From a virus: a DNA stretch of 64,000 nucleotides. The stretch covers positions 1 through 64,000 of the IMG/VR virus record IMGVR_UViG_3300038393_000909. One strand, 5' to 3'. Position 1 is the first letter of the stretch. Each line of letters begins with the position of its first letter. Shown piece after piece: positions 58,119 to 64,000 of this stretch. Below the pieces are notes generated by a model. It was not told the DNA's origin. It searched no databases and worked only from the letters and a program-made list of their open reading frames with translations. Made by a program: the position numbers and the translations under genes.

Positions 58119-58200
58119 TGTGTAAATCTCCACGCGGAACGAGAGAAGCCGCGCAAGGTCAGGCGACCCAGGCGGCTTCCGTTGTGCTGACGATCAGCGA

Positions 58201-59643
58201 TTAGGTGCTCGAGGCGAGCGTCGTCAGGGACGCGAATTCCTCGATGAAGTCGTTGTAGTAGTTGATGTTCCGGCGGGTGCGGAAGATCATGTGCTCGATC
58301 GAGGCCGGCGGCTCGAGGTCGTAGTCGATCGTCAGCTGGCCGGTCGAGAAGGTCGCCGGGGTGTTGACCGACGGGTCGACCCAGCAACGGCCACCGATGA
58401 GCGCGCCGCGGGCGACGAGGAGATCGATGTAATCCTGGACCGAGGACTGGATGTTCTTCAGCAGCGGGATCGAGAACGGCTTGTCCATCGCCTCGACCTC
58501 GGCGGCCTCGACGGCCTCGTAGATCATGTCGGCGGTGCGGCGGACCGAGAGCTGGGCCCACAGCGGATCGGAACCGGTGCCGCGCAGGCCCCAGAACTTG
58601 TAGCCGTTGTTATGGATCACCGGGGTGATCTGGTTCTGGTTGAGGAGGTTGGCCTCGCAGTTCGGGTCGTTCGGCATCCAGTCGATCGGGCGGGCAGCGC
58701 CACCGATGTTCTGGATCAGACGGTTCGAGAACGAGTACCAGAAGCCGAACTGGTCATCGACGCGGGCCTGGAGGCCGGCAGCGTAGGCGGAGGCCGGACG
58801 GGTCACGTAGCTCGAGCTGGTCGTGTCCCACTTCAGGACGCCGGGATCGAGGAAGGCGAGGCGCTGCGAGCCGTAGTCACTGCGGGCCGCGATTGCCGCG
58901 TCGTAGTCCGTGCCGGGGCCGTCGATGAATGCCACCGCGCGCAGGCGGTCGACGATCGAGGACAGGGCCATGCCGACCGGGTTAGCCGCGTAGCCGACGA
59001 CAGCCTCAGCGGTCGCGCCCGTGCCGGCGCCCGTGATGGTCACGGTCGGGGTGCCGGTGTAGCCGAAGCCGGGATCGGTCACGACGATCGCCGAGACCTT
59101 GCCGCCGACGATGGTGGCGATACCCTGCGCCTGACGACCGCCGTCAGCGGGAGCGCTGAAGGTCACGGTCGTGGTGGCGTCGACGTAGCCGGTGCCCTGA
59201 TCCGTGACGTGCGCGGAGGCCACGGCGTTGGCCGGGCGATCCGAGGTCAGGCCGGGGGCGATGAGCAGCTTGGGCACGACGCCGAGCAGCGGCCGGGCGT
59301 TGAGCAGCGACCACAGGCCGGTCTTGCCGACGCTGGAGCCGACCGTGTTCGACCACGTCTCGGCGGCGGTGTCACCCTCGGCGACGCGGGTGACGACCAC
59401 CACGGAGGCCTGCTGCGAGTAGATGCCGTCGATGGCATCGAGCAGGGTACCGTCGGTCTTCAGGCTCGCGGCCTTCAGGGTGTTGGCGAACACCGCGACC
59501 GGGGTATTCAGCGGGAAGACGGCCGGGTCGGCGTTCGGGGCGGTGCCCACGAGGCCGATGACGTTCGACTTGCCCGTGGTGACCGGACCGGCGCCGTCGT
59601 TCAGTTCGACGGTCTCAAGACCGTGGAGGTAATTCACGCTCAC
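58201..59643 (-). CDS. tail sheath protein (P2 FI-like)
   Basis: YLHGLETVEL, VIGLVGTAP, GYKFWGLR, VRRTADMI. Confidence 0.95.
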   Translation of the reverse strand: MSVNYLHGLETVELNDGAGPVTTGKSNVIGLVGTAPNADPAVFPLNTPVAVFANTLKAASLKTDGTLLDAIDGIYSQQASVVVVTRVAEGDTAAETWSNTVGSSVGKTGLWSLLNARPLLGVVPKLLIAPGLTSDRPANAVASAHVTDQGTGYVDATTTVTFSAPADGGRQAQGIATIVGGKVSAIVVTDPGFGYTGTPTVTITGAGTGATAEAVVGYAANPVGMALSSIVDRLRAVAFIDGPGTDYDAAIAARSDYGSQRLAFLDPGVLKWDTTSSSYVTRPASAYAAGLQARVDDQFGFWYSFSNRLIQNIGGAARPIDWMPNDPNCEANLLNQNQITPVIHNNGYKFWGLRGTGSDPLWAQLSVRRTADMIYEAVEAAEVEAMDKPFSIPLLKNIQSSVQDYIDLLVARGALIGGRCWVDPSVNTPATFSTGQLTIDYDLEPPASIEHMIFRTRRNINYYNDFIEEFASLTTLASST

Positions 59644-59657
59644 GTGTTTGTTCCTGC

Positions 59658-59691
59658 AAACGAAAAGAGCCGCCCCGGTTGAGAAGCGGCT
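59658..59691 (-). terminator. rho-independent terminator
   Basis: Minus strand: AGCCGCTTC-loop-GGGGCGGCT followed by CTTTTCGTTT. Confidence 0.65.
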
Positions 59692-59728
59692 GCGGGAAGG
59701 CGGTGGCTGTTCGAATTAATTCGAACGA

Positions 59729-60226
59729 TCAGACGAGCTGAGACGCGGCGGTCCAGAGCGCCTTCATCTGGTCCTCGGTGCGAGGCGGGCTCAGCGCGGC
59801 GGCGAGCGCCATCGTCAGGGGGTTGGAGAAGTTGAAGGTGGTTGCACCAGCCAGGAGCATCTTGGCATTGAACTGATCACTGGCTGGAAGCTCGGCGATC
59901 ACGCTCTCGAGCTTCGCAGGGATAGCACCGGTCTGGACGGCGGCGAGCGCCTCGTCCTGGGTGATGTCGCCCTCGATCGCCAGCTGCTGGAAGAACTGCC
60001 GGTCCGAGATCGTCTCCGGTACCGGCGCGGGCGGCGCAACGTAGTCCGCGATCACAGCCTTGCCGGAAGCGACGAGCGCGAACAGCGCATCGTGTTCCTT
60101 GTTGCCGGGCGCCATGCCGACGAAGAACTCGACCGGGCCTGAGAAATTGCCGAGCACGTCGCCGGCCTCAAGGATGACCTTGACCTGCGTGTGCGCGGCG
60201 TCTGTGTATTGGGCTTGCATGGTCAT
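59729..60226 (-). CDS. tail fibre assembly/chaperone-like protein
   Basis: PVPETISDRQFFQQL motif; follows the fibre genes. Confidence 0.65.
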   Translation of the reverse strand: MTMQAQYTDAAHTQVKVILEAGDVLGNFSGPVEFFVGMAPGNKEHDALFALVASGKAVIADYVAPPAPVPETISDRQFFQQLAIEGDITQDEALAAVQTGAIPAKLESVIAELPASDQFNAKMLLAGATTFNFSNPLTMALAAALSPPRTEDQMKALWTAASQLV

Positions 60227-60229
60227 AGG

Positions 60230-61291
60230 TTACATTCTCGCGTTGAAGCCGTAGAGGTAGCCCACGCCGCCTATATCTCCTGCCCCGTTCGAGCTGAGAA
60301 CGAAGCGGACATAAGTATTAGACGACGTTCCTACCGGTTGTGGATAGCCGCTTGCATTGCCGAACTGCGTTCCGGCCGCAACCAGCGCGGTGGAAGGAGC
60401 GACACGCATCTGCACGGGCGCGTACATCGGGGTCTCCATGACCTGACTACCGCCCGATGCGCTCCACCGAGCGTTGCCATAAACCAGGGCATAATACCGC
60501 TGGCACAACCGCAGCTCATCGTCGTACCGCCGCGCGAGCAGCGGCAGCATGCTCTGCGAGATCGGGATGACGCCGGGGAACATGACCGCGCCCGAGATCA
60601 CCACGTTGTTGCCGACCGTGGCGGCGAGGTTGGTCACGTCGGAGCCGGCGAGGATGTTGCTGCCGGACCAGACGCCGGCCGTGCCTTGGTAGGTCGCGCC
60701 CACGCCGAAGCACCAACGAACCTGCATAGACAGGGCATTGGTCGTCAGCAGCGACTGCGCTGTGTCGCCGGGGATCGTCAGGTATACGAACTGGTCCGTA
60801 TTGGCAGACGCCGTAAATCGGGCCGCGTAACTGCGGACAACCGCTGGCGTGCTGTTGACGATGGTCAGCCCAACATACCCGGTGATCGTGATGCTCGGCC
60901 TGATCATGAACGCCAGCGTCACCGTCTTGGCATTAGCGCTCCCGTAGGCCAGACGGGCTAGGTTGGTCCCTTCAAGGGGCTGCACGATCTGGATATTGTC
61001 GCCAGCGCCCAACGTGGCTTCTGCGGTTGTGATGGCGAGTTTCAGGCCGTTGGGAATGTCGGGCTGGCTCGGAAACGGGCTTTGGACCTGCTGGAAGGTG
61101 GCGGCCCATGAACCGGCGCCAGAGATCTGCCACTGATCCGTTGCATATGCGCCGGACGACGGGGCTACCGCCGTCGCCGTCGTCCCGTACTGCTGCGAGA
61201 CGTTGTGAAAGCCGTTGATCAGGAGGCTGTGCCCCTGCATCGCGGACAGGTCAGCGCCCTGAAGCAGGGCCTGTTCTAAGGAACGGGTCAT
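60230..61291 (-). CDS. tail fibre/receptor-binding-like protein 3
   Basis: LING.H..SQ, ELRLCQRYY. Confidence 0.7.
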   Translation of the reverse strand: MTRSLEQALLQGADLSAMQGHSLLINGFHNVSQQYGTTATAVAPSSGAYATDQWQISGAGSWAATFQQVQSPFPSQPDIPNGLKLAITTAEATLGAGDNIQIVQPLEGTNLARLAYGSANAKTVTLAFMIRPSITITGYVGLTIVNSTPAVVRSYAARFTASANTDQFVYLTIPGDTAQSLLTTNALSMQVRWCFGVGATYQGTAGVWSGSNILAGSDVTNLAATVGNNVVISGAVMFPGVIPISQSMLPLLARRYDDELRLCQRYYALVYGNARWSASGGSQVMETPMYAPVQMRVAPSTALVAAGTQFGNASGYPQPVGTSSNTYVRFVLSSNGAGDIGGVGYLYGFNARM

Positions 61292-61294
61292 GGT

Positions 61295-62599
61295 TCAGAG
61301 CCTCGCGTTGGCAGCAAAGATACCGAAGGCGTAACAAGTAGTGTTGGCCGCGTTCGCTTGTATAGTAGAATTGAAGCCGTCTGCGTAGTTGACGCTACTA
61401 TCGACGTAGATATTGCCGGCGACGTTACTATTGGTCACAGGGGAAACGAGCGAAACACTCGGGGCAACTCGCTTTGTGGCCTTGTAACAGACGCGGCTAC
61501 TGTAGAAGCCGCCCACGCCCCCAGTAGTGGCAACAACGCCCGCGCCGATCTGCTCATAGTACCGCTGGCACTTCAGCAGATCTTCGGCGTAGCTTCCCAA
61601 CTCAAACGGCGGGATCACGCCGCTCTGCAGCCCGGTCACGTCGTAGAGCCCGACGTCGAACAGGTCGAACGTGGCGCCGTTGGTCGCCATGAGGTTGGTG
61701 CACGAAGCAGTGGCGATAACCGCCCCGGCCTGCCAGCCAGCAACGCCTTGCACGCCACTGCCCGCGCACAGGGTGACATAGACCGACAGGCCGCGGCCGT
61801 TGGAGCTATCCCAAGTTCCAGTCTGGTCGGCTTGAAGGGTTACGGACTTAATGACGTCCTGGCCGACTTCGCCTTGAGCAATCGTGACACTGCCAACCCA
61901 CGAACGGGTCCCGACACCGTTCAGGACGGCCACGCCGAAAGTGCCGGCTACGCTGGATCGGCAACCGAGCCGGATAGCGACTGTCCGAGGCGTGATGGTG
62001 CCAAGCCGCAGATCTGCGATATCGACACCTTCAATCATCGTCTGGAACACGAGCTGATCTGTCGTGCCAGGGCTGGCGTTCGCCGCGGTGACGGTCATGC
62101 GCAGGCGGTACGGCGAACCGCCTGGGGTCTGGACCGCTACCCGCTGCGCCGTAGCCCCACCCGTGGCACCCTGCCGATACGCAAGGAAGCCGTCACTCGG
62201 GAACTGCGGTGACCCGCTCGCCAGCGTCAGCAGGTTGTTGCCGTTCTCCTGCGACACCCGCATGCCGGGGTCGATGATCCGGTTGCGGCGCTTCGTGTAG
62301 AGCGCGTCCGCTTGGCTCATCGTGTACGTATTCGCGGGGCTGAACGGCGCCTGCGCGAGGATCTGTACTTCGTCGTCGCTCGACAAAGCCCTGTTGAACA
62401 CGATGGTCGAGCCATCGGTTGCCGTGTAGTTCGGCGGCGAAACCAGTCCGCTGTTGAGGAACACGTCGACCATGCCCGGCGTGTAGCCGAGCGGGTAGCC
62501 GTTGGCGTCCGGTCCCGAGAACGTGGTCTGCCCTGCGGACGCGACAAAGCGGTTGAGGCTCCGCTGGCCGAGGCCGGGAGCCTGTCCGATATACGACAT
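61295..62599 (-). CDS. tail fibre/receptor-binding-like protein 2
   Basis: MSYIG, AGQTTF repeat, DLLKCQRYY. Confidence 0.7.
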   Translation of the reverse strand: MSYIGQAPGLGQRSLNRFVASAGQTTFSGPDANGYPLGYTPGMVDVFLNSGLVSPPNYTATDGSTIVFNRALSSDDEVQILAQAPFSPANTYTMSQADALYTKRRNRIIDPGMRVSQENGNNLLTLASGSPQFPSDGFLAYRQGATGGATAQRVAVQTPGGSPYRLRMTVTAANASPGTTDQLVFQTMIEGVDIADLRLGTITPRTVAIRLGCRSSVAGTFGVAVLNGVGTRSWVGSVTIAQGEVGQDVIKSVTLQADQTGTWDSSNGRGLSVYVTLCAGSGVQGVAGWQAGAVIATASCTNLMATNGATFDLFDVGLYDVTGLQSGVIPPFELGSYAEDLLKCQRYYEQIGAGVVATTGGVGGFYSSRVCYKATKRVAPSVSLVSPVTNSNVAGNIYVDSSVNYADGFNSTIQANAANTTCYAFGIFAANARL

Positions 62600-62602
62600 G
62601 GA

Positions 62603-63676
62603 TCAGAACTCCGCGGTGGCCGTCCAGTTGCAAGCCCACCAGTAATTATAGTTTCCGGAAGCCAACGTGGCGTCAAAGTAAATGCTCTGGTTATTTGCGG
62701 CAAACATCCCACCAGCGGTGGGTTGAACACCGTTATTGCCACCGGCAGTGATGCGGCCAGTATTTAGGGCATAGTCACTATACGACATGGTTGGCTGTAT
62801 ACGCATTGCCACCGGAAGAGTTTGCGGTGCGCCGACATAGCTTCCGGTATAACCATTGGAGCCGTTGTCGCCTCCGATGCCGCCGCGCATATGCCCGGTC
62901 GCAAAATACCGCTGGCACCGCAGCAGCTCGATCTCCCGCGGCACCCGCTCGAAGCCGGGAAACTGATCGCCAAACCCAGGGATCACTTCCTTGACCTCAA
63001 GGTCTGCGAACTGAACCGTGAGGGTTTGCAGGCCGAGACTGTTGGTGCGGGCATTCCAGTTCGAGCCGGCCGATAGCCAGAAATTGACGTTGACCGCGTC
63101 GTTGGCTGTGCCGATGATCTTGCCGGCAATTGACGGAACGTTCACAACAACCTGAAACGGCGCCCAGGACGCTGTGAGAGCGATGGTTCCGGCATAGGTA
63201 TCAACTTCAGCAGAACCGGATGTTCCAAAGGCCTGCGCAAACTCTACGGCAACGTTGCCAGATCCGGAGATGCGACGCGCCATGCCACGCACGACAACTC
63301 GCTTTCCAGCGAAGCGCCGCACACCTTCGATCGCTTGCGAGAGAATGGCGTAATCACCGGCCGAACTTTGGCCAGCGACACCGAACTGACCAAAGAATTG
63401 GCTCTCGGACGCGATGTCGCCGATCGCGAAGGCTTGCCGGCTGTGCGCCATCGAGCCGCTGGTAGCAGTGTAGATCCAGCGGTCAGCTCCGTACCCGCTC
63501 CCCGAGAACGACGTGCCGCGCTGCCAGTGATCGAACGCGCCGTTGATCAGCGCATTCGAGAAGCGGTCGAGGGCGACGTTGCCCCCGTCGAGGCGGCGAT
63601 ACATCTGATCGCCGAGCGGCTTGATCTGGTCAGCCGTGAACGGGACCGTGGCGGGCTTATAGCCGACGTAAGACAT
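62603..63676 (-). CDS. tail fibre/receptor-binding-like protein 1
   Basis: NALINGAFDHWQRGTSF, ELLRCQRYF. Confidence 0.7.
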   Translation of the reverse strand: MSYVGYKPATVPFTADQIKPLGDQMYRRLDGGNVALDRFSNALINGAFDHWQRGTSFSGSGYGADRWIYTATSGSMAHSRQAFAIGDIASESQFFGQFGVAGQSSAGDYAILSQAIEGVRRFAGKRVVVRGMARRISGSGNVAVEFAQAFGTSGSAEVDTYAGTIALTASWAPFQVVVNVPSIAGKIIGTANDAVNVNFWLSAGSNWNARTNSLGLQTLTVQFADLEVKEVIPGFGDQFPGFERVPREIELLRCQRYFATGHMRGGIGGDNGSNGYTGSYVGAPQTLPVAMRIQPTMSYSDYALNTGRITAGGNNGVQPTAGGMFAANNQSIYFDATLASGNYNYWWACNWTATAEF

Positions 63677-64000
63677 CAGCTCAGCTCCAGCACGCTCATG
63701 AGGGCGTCGGCCGTGGCTCCGCCGTTGACAACAGCAACGATGTAATCGTTGTACTGAAGGACAACCTTCTGATCACCGCCGACGGCAACAAGAGTTCCAG
63801 CAACTGGAAGTGGAGCACCTTTGACCAAATAGCTGATAATTGTGTTTCCTACGTTGCCGATATATAGATCCACAGTTCCAGCAACGTTGGACGTATTTGC
63901 GACGCTTAAGCCGATGACAGTTCCGGTCACGCCAGCAGCAACCGTATATCCGCCGATTCCGACAGCAGTCGTGACGTTGCGGCTTGCGAGCCGCTTGAAA
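63676..64000 (-). CDS. virion structural protein (5' end outside the window)
   Basis: The frame stays open to the window edge. Confidence 0.6.
   Translation of the reverse strand, partial: FKRLASRNVTTAVGIGGYTVAAGVTGTVIGLSVANTSNVAGTVDLYIGNVGNTIISYLVKGAPLPVAGTLVAVGGDQKVVLQYNDYIVAVVNGGATADALMSVLELS

Larger units (their letters stand above)
1..64000. mobile_element. Temperate P2-like-tail (myovirus-type) phage genome segment, probably alphaproteobacterial host
   Basis: Integrase, xis and attP; repressor; replication, lysis, and sheath/tube/tape-measure/GpU/GpX/GpD genes; no host chromosomal gene clusters. Confidence 0.95.

Noticed and set aside
60230-63676. Diversity-generating retroelement acting on the fibre tips
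   Set aside because: No reverse transcriptase and no TR/VR pair differing only at adenines is visible in the window.

Overview
This window is 64 kb of a GC-rich temperate tailed phage with a P2-like contractile tail. The host is probably an alphaproteobacterium (Hyphomicrobiales-like), inferred from the integrase, tRNA att core and host-like dnaQ/ssb/HerA genes. Left to right it contains: (1) about 30 small early ORFs (0.3-11.6 kb); (2) replication and recombination genes (initiator-like protein, SF2 helicase, HNH, primase, SSB, DnaQ, RusA, XRE/S24 repressor, YqaJ exonuclease, SSAP); (3) a hypervariable small-gene region (23.7-29 kb); (4) nucleotide metabolism genes (NrdJ, dUTPase, MTase, ThyX, glutaredoxin, dNTP diphosphohydrolase); (5) xis-int and an intact attP whose core is the 3' half of a tRNA with a CAT anticodon; (6) on the minus strand, lysis genes, P2-like tail genes (including a gpE/E' -1 frameshift) and three paralogous fibre-like genes. 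The main discovery is the 23.7-28.95 kb region, where many gene boundaries carry site-specific-recombination-like sites. At 26.62-28.94 kb, five sites of the form GACGGA-N7-YCC... follow consecutive stop codons, and each has a different 7-bp spacer. Two are empty. Three are occupied by 422-476 bp mini-elements flanked by a duplicated 7-mer. These elements have unrelated sequences but base-exact conserved geometry (TCCGCC at +148, arm-repeat pair at +169, arm pair -39- IHF-like box -15- crossover), which suggests an integron-like array of non-autonomous integrative cassettes. Just upstream, four 28-bp (12-4-12) res-site-I-like palindromes delimit further cassettes. A 20-bp pseudo-palindrome (CGTTTGCATTAATTCGAACG) occurs about 17 times across the window, nearly always at or near gene boundaries. 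All calls come from reading the sequence by eye; no database searches were run.
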